A stretch of DNA of 64,000 nucleotides from an uncultured Verrucomicrobiae bacterium (GTDB lineage Bacteria; Verrucomicrobiota; Verrucomicrobiia; Limisphaerales; UBA11358): NCBI GenBank assembly GCA_963714695.1, contig CAVQPQ010000001.1, forward strand, positions 7,880 to 71,879. The letters run 5' to 3'. How positions within the stretch are numbered: position 1 is the first letter of the stretch; each line of letters begins with the position of its first letter. Below are positions 8,269-17,048 of this stretch, piece after piece. Position numbers and translations under genes: made by a program. Below the pieces are notes generated by a model. That model was not told the origin of the DNA. It searched no databases and saw only the letters and a list, made by a program, of their open reading frames with translations.

Positions 8269-9539
8269 TGGATTGCGGAGTGCGGAATGTGGAGTGCGGA
8301 ATGAGCCATCAGCGAACATCCGCGCGGTTCGGCCAGGGTCGCGCGGCCAATTAATTCAAATCCGTTGCCGCGACGGATCCCCAAATCTTCCGTTTGAATG
8401 GCCATGACGGAAAACCCGTTCGCCAAATCGAACACGCGAATCAAACCGGTTTCGCCATCAGCCACCTCGCGCCCCGTCTCGGGCGAAACGATCTGGACAC
8501 GAGTCCAAGGGGGAAAATGAAAAAGACGGGTGACACATTCTGGGAGCGCCGGCGTCCCGCCGGCAAGTTCCTTTGTCGCGGTTGGAAGAATTCGCCGGCG
8601 GGGCGCCGGCGCTCCCAGGTCATACGCCTGCGAACTCAACTCGCTCATGCCGTATTCGCAGATGATGTGCGATGGCGGCACACCGAGTTTTTCGGTGATG
8701 AGTCCATGCAATTCAATTTTGGGCAGGGAACGGGATCGGCCTTTGTAACCGCCGGTTTCCATCACGCGTGACCCGGCGGGCAAATCGAAACGCAGATTTT
8801 TCTCCGCCAGAAAATCAAGCAAATGCACGAAGGAAAAGGCCGTGCCCAGAATCAATTGCGGATTGCGGATTGCGGATTGCGGATTGTTGCCCAGCGCCGC
8901 AATCGCACGGTCGAATTCCAGCGTCCACGCGCCGTCCGTTGCCAGTTTGCCGACGAACGCAGTTTCCGGCGCGCCCAGGTTTTGCCGCACGGTTTCAAAC
9001 ATGCGGACGAGTGACGAGTGTGGCGCCTGCGCTGGCGGCGGCGTCAAAATTATCAGTCCGCAATCCGCAATCCGCAATCCGCAATTCTGAAACACGTTTT
9101 CCAGGAACCAAGGCAGCAATGAAGCCTCATACAATTTCAACGACTCGAGCGAATGGAAGTGGCGGCTTGGACGTTGTTCCGTCGTACCGCTGGAATGGAA
9201 AACCGCGATGCGTTCCGCCGGCGTCAGACAGGTCAAATCCAGTTCCTTGAACGCCGATGTCGGCACGGCCGGAATGCGCGCCCAATGTTCGACAACTCCT
9301 GGCGCAAGGCCACGCGATTCGCAGATTTTCCGGTAGGCGGCGTTGGATTTAAATTGCAGCGCAAAAAGTTCGCACGCAAGCCGGTTAAAAACGTTATCGC
9401 AGGAGCCGACGCAAGGAGGCTTGTTTTTTGTTCTGCCAGTGGTAGCTGGAGAAAGACTCCTCACGTCGGCTCCTACATCGGAAAAGAAAATAATGGCCTC
9501 GCGCAAACGCGCGGCAAAGTTTGAAAGTTCGGTGATCAT
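8265..9539 (-). CDS. LuxE-like acyl-protein synthetase (adenylate-forming)
   Basis: Motifs FALQFKSNAAYRKICE, IPAVPTSAFK and VFHSSGTTEQRPSRHF. Start chosen at MITELSNF (9539). The ORF contains four repeat insertions (see findings). Confidence 0.8.
   Translation of the reverse strand: MITELSNFAARLREAIIFFSDVGADVRSLSPATTGRTKNKPPCVGSCDNVFNRLACELFALQFKSNAAYRKICESRGLAPGVVEHWARIPAVPTSAFKELDLTCLTPAERIAVFHSSGTTEQRPSRHFHSLESLKLYEASLLPWFLENVFQNCGLRIADCGLIILTPPPAQAPHSSLVRMFETVRQNLGAPETAFVGKLATDGAWTLEFDRAIAALGNNPQSAIRNPQLILGTAFSFVHLLDFLAEKNLRFDLPAGSRVMETGGYKGRSRSLPKIELHGLITEKLGVPPSHIICEYGMSELSSQAYDLGAPAPRRRILPTATKELAGGTPALPECVTRLFHFPPWTRVQIVSPETGREVADGETGLIRVFDLANGFSVMAIQTEDLGIRRGNGFELIGRATLAEPRGCSLMAHSALHIPHSAIQ
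8270..8304. repeat. Heptanucleotide array at the luxE-like 3' end
   Basis: GGATTGC GGAGTGC GGAATGT GGAGTGC GGAATGA. It encodes the C-terminal ..HSALHIPHSAIQ and starts directly beside the overlapping luxE-like stop and luxC-like start codons. Confidence 0.75.
8540..8618. repeat. Family A palindromic element (WERRRPAGE type), copy inside luxE-like ORF
   Basis: Arms are CTGGGAGCGCCGGCGTCCCGCCGGC and GCCGGCGGGGCGCCGGCGCTCCCAG. The ORF stays open and reads ..APAPRRRILPTATKELAGGTPALPE.. Confidence 0.85.
8853..8887. repeat. Heptanucleotide array (GGATTGC)n inside luxE-like ORF
   Basis: CAATTGC GGATTGC GGATTGC GGATTGC GGATTGT. Confidence 0.9.
9064..9098. repeat. Heptanucleotide array (CAATCCG)n inside luxE-like ORF, inverted partner of 8853-8887
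   Basis: CAGTCCG CAATCCG CAATCCG CAATCCG CAATTCT. It is the reverse complement of the 8853-8887 array, 176 bp away. Confidence 0.9.
9397..9477. repeat. Family C palindromic element inside luxE-like ORF (81 bp)
   Basis: Arms are GCAGGAGCCGACGCAAGGAGGC and GACTCCTCACGTCGGCTCCTACA. The element translates as ..VGADVRSLSPATTGRTKNKPPCVGS.. Confidence 0.8.
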
Positions 9540-9682
9540 GCGGTTTTTGTTTGCCGGCTGGTTTTCCGCCACAGCCGGATGGAATTGTAGCAAGGAATGA
9601 CCTTCCAGCAAGTGCGATTCCGTTTCATTCGAACGCTGCGCAGGATTGCCAATGGCGCCTGTGTCCGTCACACTGCTTTTCA

Positions 9683-11239
9683 ATGAGCAAACAGTTTTAC
9701 ATCACCACCGCCATTTATTACGTCAACGGCCAGCCGCATCTCGGCCATGCCTATGAGAAAATCGTCGCCGACGTCATCGCCCGGTCGCGCCGCAGTCTCG
9801 GACAGGAAACTTTTTTCCTGACCGGGCTGGATGAACACGGCCAGAAGGTTCAGCAAGCCGCCGTCGCCGAAGGGAAAACGCCGCAGGCGTATTGCGACAA
9901 ACTGGCGGCTGACTGGAAGGCGTTCGCCAAAAAACTGGAGTTGACCAACGACGATTTCGTCCGCACCACCGAGCCGCGACACAAGGAAATCGTCCAGGCC
10001 GGCCTCGCGAAGGTGCACCAGGCTGGCCAAATTTACAAAAAAACCTACTCGGGCTTTTACTCGACCAAGGAGGAAACCTTTCTGACCGACAAGGACCGCC
10101 GTCCGGATGGAACGTTCGATCCCAGTTACGGTGAAGTCATCGAACTGCAGGAGGAGAATTATTTCTTCAAGCTGAACGAGCATCAGCAATGGCTGATTGA
10201 TTACCTGGCGGCGAATCCGACGTTCGTCCAGCCCGATCATCGCCGCAATGAGGTGCTTGGTTTTCTCAAGAACAATGAACTGGAAGACCTGTGCATCTCC
10301 CGTCCGGCGGCGCGTTTGAACTGGGGCATTCCCCTGCCCTTCGACAAGGATTTTGTCACCTACGTCTGGTTCGATGCGCTGGTGAATTACATCAGCATCG
10401 CCGCCGCCCACGGCGATCCCACCGTCTGGTCCGTCTTGTCCCCGTCAGCCCGCGCGCATCCCTCGCCGCTTTACCTCTGGCCCGCCGACGTTCACGTGAT
10501 CGGCAAGGACATTGTGAAATTTCACGCCGTCTATTGGCCGATCATGCTCAAGGCGATGGGCCTGCCGCTGCCGAAGCAAATCCTCGTGCACGGCTGGTGG
10601 CAGAAGGACGGCGCGAAAATCAGCAAAAGCACCGGCAACATTGTTGACCCGATTGCGGTCATTGACGAATGGGGCCTGGACGCCTTTCGGTTTTACGTTT
10701 TGCGCGAGCTCGACATCGGCCCGGACGGCAACTGGACTGATGCGGGATTCAAGTCACGTTATCAGGCCGAACTGGCGAACGGCTTGGGCAATCTCGTCAA
10801 CCGCTCGCTCTCGATGCTCAAACGTTACCGTAACGGAGTTGTGCCGGCCAAGAACGACGAACTCGCCGCCGCCGCCGCGAAAACCGCGGACGAAACGCGC
10901 GCCTTGCTCAAACAAAACCAGCTCCAAGCGGCCTTGCAAAGCATCTGGGGACTTGTCACGCGCGCCAATCAATACGTGGACCAGACCGCGCCGTTCAAGC
11001 TGGCCAAGGACCCGGCGCAGGCCAAACGGCTTGACGAAGTGCTCTACAATCTGACGGAAACCTGCCGGGTGCTGGCGGTTTTGCTCTGGCCGTTCCTGCC
11101 CGGCACGGCGGTGAAAATATACGCGCAACTTGGATTGACCGGCGCGCCGGACAAGCTGGACGCCGCGACCTGGGGCGGTCTGGCCGCCGGCCATAAAATC
11201 GGCGAGCCCGCGCCCCTGTTTCCGCGCAAGGAAGCCTGA
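9683..11239 (+). CDS. metG: Methionine--tRNA ligase
   Basis: Start at MSKQFYITTAIYYVNGQPHLGHAYE (HIGH-type motif). KISKS is present (GAKISKSTGN). Confidence 0.95.
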   Translation: MSKQFYITTAIYYVNGQPHLGHAYEKIVADVIARSRRSLGQETFFLTGLDEHGQKVQQAAVAEGKTPQAYCDKLAADWKAFAKKLELTNDDFVRTTEPRHKEIVQAGLAKVHQAGQIYKKTYSGFYSTKEETFLTDKDRRPDGTFDPSYGEVIELQEENYFFKLNEHQQWLIDYLAANPTFVQPDHRRNEVLGFLKNNELEDLCISRPAARLNWGIPLPFDKDFVTYVWFDALVNYISIAAAHGDPTVWSVLSPSARAHPSPLYLWPADVHVIGKDIVKFHAVYWPIMLKAMGLPLPKQILVHGWWQKDGAKISKSTGNIVDPIAVIDEWGLDAFRFYVLRELDIGPDGNWTDAGFKSRYQAELANGLGNLVNRSLSMLKRYRNGVVPAKNDELAAAAAKTADETRALLKQNQLQAALQSIWGLVTRANQYVDQTAPFKLAKDPAQAKRLDEVLYNLTETCRVLAVLLWPFLPGTAVKIYAQLGLTGAPDKLDAATWGGLAAGHKIGEPAPLFPRKEA

Positions 11240-11281
11240 GCGCGAATGGATGCCAATTATCGGTAGTTTCTCAATTAGTCA

Positions 11282-11357
11282 CGGAGCGCGGATTATCCTC
11301 AATCCGCAGCGGATGAGCGGGTTGTATATGCTGCGAGTCGGGACAACTCGCGCTCCG
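11282..11357. repeat. Palindromic element (CGGAGCGCG type) downstream of metG
   Basis: Arms are CGGAGCGCG and CGCGCTCCG, with an internal GCGGATT..AATCCGC hairpin. Single copy in the window. Confidence 0.55.
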
Positions 11358-11441
11358 GCTTTCGACTTAAAATTCAAATTATAGCACTACCCGGTTCTCT
11401 CAACACTTGACGGCGTTGCATCGCTCTTTACGATAGCCGGC

Positions 11442-13082
11442 ATGAAATTGGAAAACAAAAGTCCTTTCTTCCGTCCACTCGTCCTCGCCGCACTTGTCGT
11501 TCTCGTGCCGGTTCTCTGCGCCAGCCCCGCCCGGGCACAGGCCGACAACAATCCGCTGCCGCATCTGGTGACCCAGGACGGACGCCATGCCTTGATCGTG
11601 GACGGCGCGCCGTTCCTCATCCTCGGCGCGCAAAGCCACAACTCCAGCGCCTGGCCGGCAATGCTGCCCAAGGTCTGGCCGGCGATTGATTATCTCCACG
11701 CCAACACGCTCGAAATTCCGATTTATTGGGAACAGTTCGAGCCGGAGCCGGGAAAATTCGACACCACGATTGTGGACACCATCCTCAAGCAGGCGCGTTG
11801 GCACAACGTGCGGCTGGTGTTGCTTTGGTTCGGCACCTGGAAAAATGGCAGCTCGCATTACCTCCCGCTGTGGATGAAAAGCCAGCCCGACAAATATCCG
11901 CGCATCATCGGAAAATCTGGCCGCCGCGTGGATTCGCCGTCGCCGCATGCGCCGGCCACGCTCGCGGCGGACATCAACGCCTTCAGCGCGTTTATGCGGC
12001 ACCTGAAGGAGGCGGACACCCTGCATACGGTCATCATGGTGCAGGTTGAAAACGAGCCTGGCTCCTGGAACACCGTCCGTGACTATTCGCCCGAAGCGCA
12101 AAAACTCTTCACGGCACCAGTGCCGCCGGAACTGTTGAAGGCCATGGGCGCCAACGCGCCCATCGGCGGCGGCAACTGGTCGAAAGTCTTCGGCGCCAAC
12201 GCCGATGAATATTTTCACGCCTGGTCCGTCGCGCATTTCATCGGCCAGGTCGCCGCCGCCGGCAAGCAGGAATATCCCCTGCCGATGTATGTCAATGCCT
12301 CGTTGCGCGATCCACTGAAGCCGGGTCCCGCCAGTGGTTACGAAAGCGGCGGAGCGACCGACAACGTGCTTTGGATCTGGAAGGCTGCGGCCCCGGCGAT
12401 TGATATTCTCGCACCGGACATTTACCAGGGCGACGACATCAAGTATCGGAAGGTGCTGGAACTTTACAGCGGGCCCGACAAGCCGCTGTTCGTGCCTGAG
12501 ACCCGCGGCACCGGCGCGTCCGCCCGGATGTGTTTCGCCGCGCTGGGACAGGGAACCATTGGCTGGTCGCCCTTCGGCCTCGACTACACCAAGTACGCCA
12601 ATACCAACCAGCCGCTCGGCGCGCCCCGGGAAACGGAAAAGACACTGGCCCCGATTGCGCTGAACTACAAGATTCTGGGGCCGATCATGCGCGAAGTCGC
12701 CCGGCTCAATTTTGAGGGCAAACTCCAGGCGGTCGCCGAGGAAAAGGGTGAACTCACGCAAACGCTGGATTTTGGCAACTGGCAGGCCGTCGTCAGTTAC
12801 GGCGTGGCCCGCAACGGCAGCCCGAAAGGAAATCCCGAACTCATCGGTCGCGCTTTGGTCGCAAAAATCGGCGGGAACGAATTTCTGGTGACGGGCGCCT
12901 TCTGCCGCGTGGATTTCAAGGCGGCTTCGGGCGGACAACGCGATTTCCTGCGGGTCGAGGAAGGCGGCTATGAAAAGGGGGCCTGGCATCCGTCTTACAT
13001 CTGGAATGGCGACGAAACCGACTGGGGTCTCGACTTCAGTTCCGCGCCGCAAGTCCTGCGCGTCTCGCTGGGCACCTATTGA
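11442..13082 (+). CDS. Secreted glycoside hydrolase, GH35/GH42-like TIM barrel with DUF5597-like C-terminus (beta-galactosidase-like)
   Basis: Signal peptide. Motifs YWEQFEPEPGKFD, VLLWFGTWKNG and VQVENEPGSW (catalytic NEP). Confidence 0.7.
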   Translation: MKLENKSPFFRPLVLAALVVLVPVLCASPARAQADNNPLPHLVTQDGRHALIVDGAPFLILGAQSHNSSAWPAMLPKVWPAIDYLHANTLEIPIYWEQFEPEPGKFDTTIVDTILKQARWHNVRLVLLWFGTWKNGSSHYLPLWMKSQPDKYPRIIGKSGRRVDSPSPHAPATLAADINAFSAFMRHLKEADTLHTVIMVQVENEPGSWNTVRDYSPEAQKLFTAPVPPELLKAMGANAPIGGGNWSKVFGANADEYFHAWSVAHFIGQVAAAGKQEYPLPMYVNASLRDPLKPGPASGYESGGATDNVLWIWKAAAPAIDILAPDIYQGDDIKYRKVLELYSGPDKPLFVPETRGTGASARMCFAALGQGTIGWSPFGLDYTKYANTNQPLGAPRETEKTLAPIALNYKILGPIMREVARLNFEGKLQAVAEEKGELTQTLDFGNWQAVVSYGVARNGSPKGNPELIGRALVAKIGGNEFLVTGAFCRVDFKAASGGQRDFLRVEEGGYEKGAWHPSYIWNGDETDWGLDFSSAPQVLRVSLGTY

Positions 13083-13136
13083 TCCGATTCCATTTGCGTC
13101 AGAGAACGCGCCCGGGGGCGCGACAGCCACGTCGTG

Positions 13137-14510
13137 TCACTGCAATCTTGTCGGCAACTGGAACACGTTGTCAAAAAGCCGGGACAGGGTCTCGCCGGTG
13201 TGCTGGGCGCGCACGTTCGCTCCAAACTGGAATGTCGCCGCCGGCATGAAGTCGTGCAACACCAGACAATAGGTGTTGTTGGCCATGATCCCCAACAGCT
13301 CGCCGTTCCGGCTCAGGACCAGGTCGCCGCGCGACGGATTGAATTTTCCGAACAGCCCCTTCAACAGGTTGCGATCCAGCTTGACGTATTGCGGCGTGTT
13401 CAAATCCATCTGAAAACCGCACTGGCCGTAGTAGCCCTCCTGCGCGCCCACCAGCACCGCATCCTGGAATTTGTACGGATCGGATGAAATCGGGTAAATC
13501 TTGCAGCCGAGCTGGCCGGCTTCCGCTGGCGTGACCGGCAGGAACACCACCCGCGGGTCTTGACGGTCAAAGGACAATGCGTGGATGGGAACCTGCGCGG
13601 TGTTGTGACTCAAGGTTCCCGTGAGTCCCTCCCAATCCGTTCCGGGGTCCCACAACGTCAACGGCGTGTCCTGCACATGGCATAACGCGTAAGTGTTGAT
13701 CCCGTCGGTAACCAGCACCGTCTCGGTGGTTTTGCTCTTGCCCAAATCAATCCCGAAGATGCCAGTCCGGGAAGCGACAAACGCGGCCCGGACCCGGTTG
13801 GTGACGAACTCGCTGAAAATGGCATTGGGCGCCAAGGCGCGATTCTCCCGGATTTCCCGGCTCAAGGCGCCGGAATTGGTTGCCAGTGTATTGAAGCCTT
13901 CAGCCAGCTTGATGTTTTCGGCGTGCTCGGCCTGCACTTGCTGCTGCATCAGGGCAACTTGATCGGCAGCGGCGCGCTTCTCAACCTCGGCCAGTTGGAG
14001 CTGGCCGGCCAGTTGCTGCTCCCTCGCCAGGGCCTCCTGATTGCTCTTGGCGAGTTGCGCAAGCTGCTCCCGCAGGGCGGCGGACAAGTCGGTTTGCTTT
14101 TGGATTTCCGCCTCTTTGGCCGCGAGCTCTTCCCGCGTCAGCGTGGTTTCGGCGGCACTGCTTTGCAATTTCTGGTTGAGCGCCTGGATGCCGGCCTGGG
14201 CTGAAGCGTACTGCTGCTCAAGATTTGATTGTTTCCGCTGCAACTGCGCCTGTTGCAGCCGGGCGGCCTCCCGGACCCTCGCCAGTTCCGCCTGCAACTG
14301 TTCACGATTCTTTTGCTCCTCGCCAAGCGCCTGTTTCATCACCGCCGCAAGGTCATTCCCTCCGGCATCCGCTGTCTTGGGCAGTGCCTCCTCCTTGACG
14401 GCCGCCGTGGAACCCTCGTTCTCGCCGGCCATCTTGCTGAGGTCCGTCGAAAACGTCAGCAGGCTCAACAACAGGAAGTCGCAGATGACAATGAGAATGC
14501 TGCGGTTCAT
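13137..14510 (-). CDS. Membrane-anchored coiled-coil protein with a C-terminal globular domain (degenerate trypsin-like?)
   Basis: N-terminal TM (ILIVICDFLLLSLLTF), about 200 aa of Q/E/A/L-rich heptad sequence, then about 230 aa of non-repetitive sequence ending ..SRGDLVLSRNGELLGIMAN.. 4-bp overlap with the upstream gene. Confidence 0.65.
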   Translation of the reverse strand: MNRSILIVICDFLLLSLLTFSTDLSKMAGENEGSTAAVKEEALPKTADAGGNDLAAVMKQALGEEQKNREQLQAELARVREAARLQQAQLQRKQSNLEQQYASAQAGIQALNQKLQSSAAETTLTREELAAKEAEIQKQTDLSAALREQLAQLAKSNQEALAREQQLAGQLQLAEVEKRAAADQVALMQQQVQAEHAENIKLAEGFNTLATNSGALSREIRENRALAPNAIFSEFVTNRVRAAFVASRTGIFGIDLGKSKTTETVLVTDGINTYALCHVQDTPLTLWDPGTDWEGLTGTLSHNTAQVPIHALSFDRQDPRVVFLPVTPAEAGQLGCKIYPISSDPYKFQDAVLVGAQEGYYGQCGFQMDLNTPQYVKLDRNLLKGLFGKFNPSRGDLVLSRNGELLGIMANNTYCLVLHDFMPAATFQFGANVRAQHTGETLSRLFDNVFQLPTRLQ

Positions 14511-16183
14511 GACGTTGTGACGGGCATTGGCGCGGCGGTCCCGGCGGCTTCGGCTTCGGCTTCCAAGAGCAATCGCCGGCGGGCCGGGCGCAGGTTGAAA
14601 ATTTTAAACACGCAAACGAAGATGATGCCGAACGACGTGGATGAGTAGGCGGCCATCAAACTGAATTTGATGACCCCCATCGAGACGAGGATCAGCGAGA
14701 TGATGGTGCCGACGAAGCCCAGGTACAGGCCGGCGTCGAACAGGTGGTCTTCGTTTTCGAGCAGCCTGAGCTTGAAGCGCGGCGTGACGTTCTGCCGGCG
14801 GATTTCCGCCAGCTTCACGAGGCAGGCAATATAGATCAGCGCTTGCAGCACGAAGAACAGCAGCAGGGTCAGCAGGATCATGTTGTTCATAATGTTGGGA
14901 TGATTGCGGGCAAATCCGGCCAGGACCACATGGCCCGTCGTGGGCACGTGCAGTCGAAAGATAAACTCCTCCTTCCGTGTGTCCTGGGCGAGAAACGGCT
15001 CGCTCAGAAGCAGCACCACCAGCAGGAAACCCAGCGCAAACAAACTTTCGCGGACCACATGGAACCCGCGCACCTGCAACGGCCGTTCCAGGGACGATAC
15101 GGCCGGCCGCGCAAAGTGCAGCGACGCGGCCAGAAGAAATCCACTCGACAAATAGGCCAGCCATTTCAGCGCGAACGCCAGCCATGGCATCCGCCAGCTC
15201 CAATCCACTCCCAGATGCCGGCGCGGACCGGAACGGTAAAGCAACTGGTCGCGCGCCAACAGTTCGTTCACCGCACCCGCGCCGAACCGGAGACTGAAAC
15301 TAAGATCGTTCAACGCGGTTTTATTGAAACGCGCAACATATTTCGCCACCGCCGCCGGCTGGCCGGAAAGCGCCACGGCGGAGAAAAGCACGGGCAACTG
15401 TCCGCCAGCATCGCGAACCTGGCCGGCGAGAGCATGCATCGTCCCGCCGTCCTCGAGGCGTCCGGTGAACGCCACAAGCTGGTCCCAATTGAATCGCCGG
15501 CCCAGCGACATGAAATCCATCAGCACCTGCTCCAGCGGTTGCGAGTTCCCGCCGCGGTTGGCGGCCGAGGCCAGTTTGAAAATGTCGTCGCCCAAATCCG
15601 TCGTCAGCCGTCCTTCCTCCACCAGCAGTCCGCAAATCGTCACCGCCGCATCAAAGGCCTGGCCGGAGGCTGACGGCGACGGCGGGAACAGGGTGGTGCC
15701 GGTCAACTCGCGGCAGCGCAGCAACTCCTGCACGGTGGGACTGGCCGAAGCGCGCAGCCGGCCCAGCGCCGCCTCACGGTTTTTTTGCCGGACGATGAAA
15801 CTGGTGAAAGGTTCCGGCGATGGGGAATCGTTTCCGAAGAGGCGCTTCAATGCGGAATCGTTGCCCCAAACCAGCCAGTCGGGATGCTGCCGCATGGCAT
15901 TGGTCACGGCCAGTCCGAGCCGGCCCCGGCCGGGAATTCCCTCCGCTTGCGCCGCCTGCAAAAACAACCAGGCGGTTCCCAAGTTCTGCTGGTTCGCCAG
16001 CGACAGCCCTTGGGTGATCAAGGCCGGCGTGTCGCGCCCGGCCCGTTGGATGACATTGTCATCCACCGCCCGCAAATATGCCGGCACCCGCAAACCGCAA
16101 GACAGCAGCAGTAAGCCGGAAATCGCACAAGCCAAAGCCCATAGCCAGCGGTTAATCATGTGTTCAATCCATCCTAATTTCAC
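14507..16183 (-). CDS. Polytopic membrane protein with a MotA/TolQ/ExbB-like C-terminal channel region
   Basis: 558 aa. The C-terminal helices FDAGLYLGFVGTIISLILVSMG and LMAAYSSTSFGIIFVCVFKIF resemble the PLLGLLGTV / ALxTTxxGL motifs of the family. Call made by eye only. Confidence 0.55.
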   Translation of the reverse strand: MKLGWIEHMINRWLWALACAISGLLLLSCGLRVPAYLRAVDDNVIQRAGRDTPALITQGLSLANQQNLGTAWLFLQAAQAEGIPGRGRLGLAVTNAMRQHPDWLVWGNDSALKRLFGNDSPSPEPFTSFIVRQKNREAALGRLRASASPTVQELLRCRELTGTTLFPPSPSASGQAFDAAVTICGLLVEEGRLTTDLGDDIFKLASAANRGGNSQPLEQVLMDFMSLGRRFNWDQLVAFTGRLEDGGTMHALAGQVRDAGGQLPVLFSAVALSGQPAAVAKYVARFNKTALNDLSFSLRFGAGAVNELLARDQLLYRSGPRRHLGVDWSWRMPWLAFALKWLAYLSSGFLLAASLHFARPAVSSLERPLQVRGFHVVRESLFALGFLLVVLLLSEPFLAQDTRKEEFIFRLHVPTTGHVVLAGFARNHPNIMNNMILLTLLLFFVLQALIYIACLVKLAEIRRQNVTPRFKLRLLENEDHLFDAGLYLGFVGTIISLILVSMGVIKFSLMAAYSSTSFGIIFVCVFKIFNLRPARRRLLLEAEAEAAGTAAPMPVTTS

Positions 16184-16294
16184 TTAGACTGCACGTTGCA
16201 AACTCCTGTTCAAGCACGAATAATGCCCGTTGGAGCGCCGGCGACGATTTGCGGGATAATAACAATCAAAGGGTTTTCGGTTGGCGGGTGCAAT

Positions 16295-16377
16295 CCTGGA
16301 GCGCTGCCGTCCCGGCGGCGAGACGTTGGAAGGGACCCCGCCGTGAAAAACGCCGGCGGGACGCCTGCGCTCCCAGG
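16295..16377. repeat. Family A palindromic element
   Basis: Arms are CCTGGAGCGCTGCCGTCCCGGCGGCG and CGCCGGCGGGACGCCTGCGCTCCCAGG. Intergenic. Confidence 0.85.
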
Positions 16378-16436
16378 GCGCGACCTATATTAAATTGTCA
16401 ATGCCACCGGCGATTTTGCCGCACCCCGGCCAGATT

Positions 16437-16910
16437 TTACAGAGCCGCCAGGACCTCGGCGGCATGCTCCTCCGGCTTCACCTTCGGCCAGATTTTTTTG
16501 ATGCGGCCGTCCGGCCCGATGAGAAACGTCACGCGGTGCGTTCCGAGGTATTTGCGGCCCATGAAACTTTTCTCGCCCCAAACGCCGTAAGCCTGGACGA
16601 TCTTTTTATCCTCATCTGCCAGCAGGGTGAAGGGCAGTTTGAATTTTACTGCGAACTTATCGTGTGATTTCACCGGGTCGGTGCTGACGCCCAGCACCAC
16701 CGCCCCGGCCTTTTTGAATTCGGCAAAATGATCGCGGAACGCGCAGGCCTCCTTCGTGCAACCCGGCGTGTCGTCTCTGGGATAAAAATACAGAACAACT
16801 TCTTTACCCCGAAGATCGGTAAGCGAAACTTTGCCGCCGCCGTTCGTCGCCGCCGAAAATTCCGGCGCGGGATCACCTTCCTTCAATTTCAATTCGATTT
16901 CCTTGGCCAT
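16437..16910 (-). CDS. bcp: Thioredoxin-dependent peroxiredoxin Bcp
   Basis: Motifs YFYPRDDTPGCTKEAC and LGVSTD. Confidence 0.9.
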   Translation of the reverse strand: MAKEIELKLKEGDPAPEFSAATNGGGKVSLTDLRGKEVVLYFYPRDDTPGCTKEACAFRDHFAEFKKAGAVVLGVSTDPVKSHDKFAVKFKLPFTLLADEDKKIVQAYGVWGEKSFMGRKYLGTHRVTFLIGPDGRIKKIWPKVKPEEHAAEVLAAL

Positions 16911-17048
16911 AATTGTTTACCACGGATGGACACAGGTGAACACGGATAGAAAAAGGCTTTCGGTAATGCAAACAAATTCGCCAATCAGTGAGCCGCCCGG
17001 GCTTGCTGAAGAAGCTCTTGTCTTGCCTTGATCCGTGTCCATCCGTGG

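Noticed and set aside
8853-9098. CRISPR-like appearance of repeated short units and palindromes
   Set aside because: The units are contiguous 7-mers without spacers. The larger palindromic families are dispersed single copies rather than regularly spaced direct repeats. No cas genes are present.
13107-13122. GC-rich hairpin CGCGCCC-GG-GGGCGCG between the convergent hydrolase and coiled-coil genes as a bidirectional terminator
   Set aside because: The loop is too small for the full stem and no U/T tract flanks it on either strand. Function is possible but not supportable from sequence alone.
11400-13130. 576-aa minus-strand ORF opposite the glycoside hydrolase gene
   Set aside because: It is a shadow ORF with an Arg/Gly/Ala-rich sequence and no domain motifs. 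The plus-strand product has a signal peptide and catalytic motifs. The same reasoning applies to the long antisense ORFs at 9680-10411, 14744-15673, 15324-16187, 37268-38161, 39432-40268, 42064-43002, 49251-50171, 50193-51539, 53912-54787, 55481-56104, 61023-62003 and 62581-63408.
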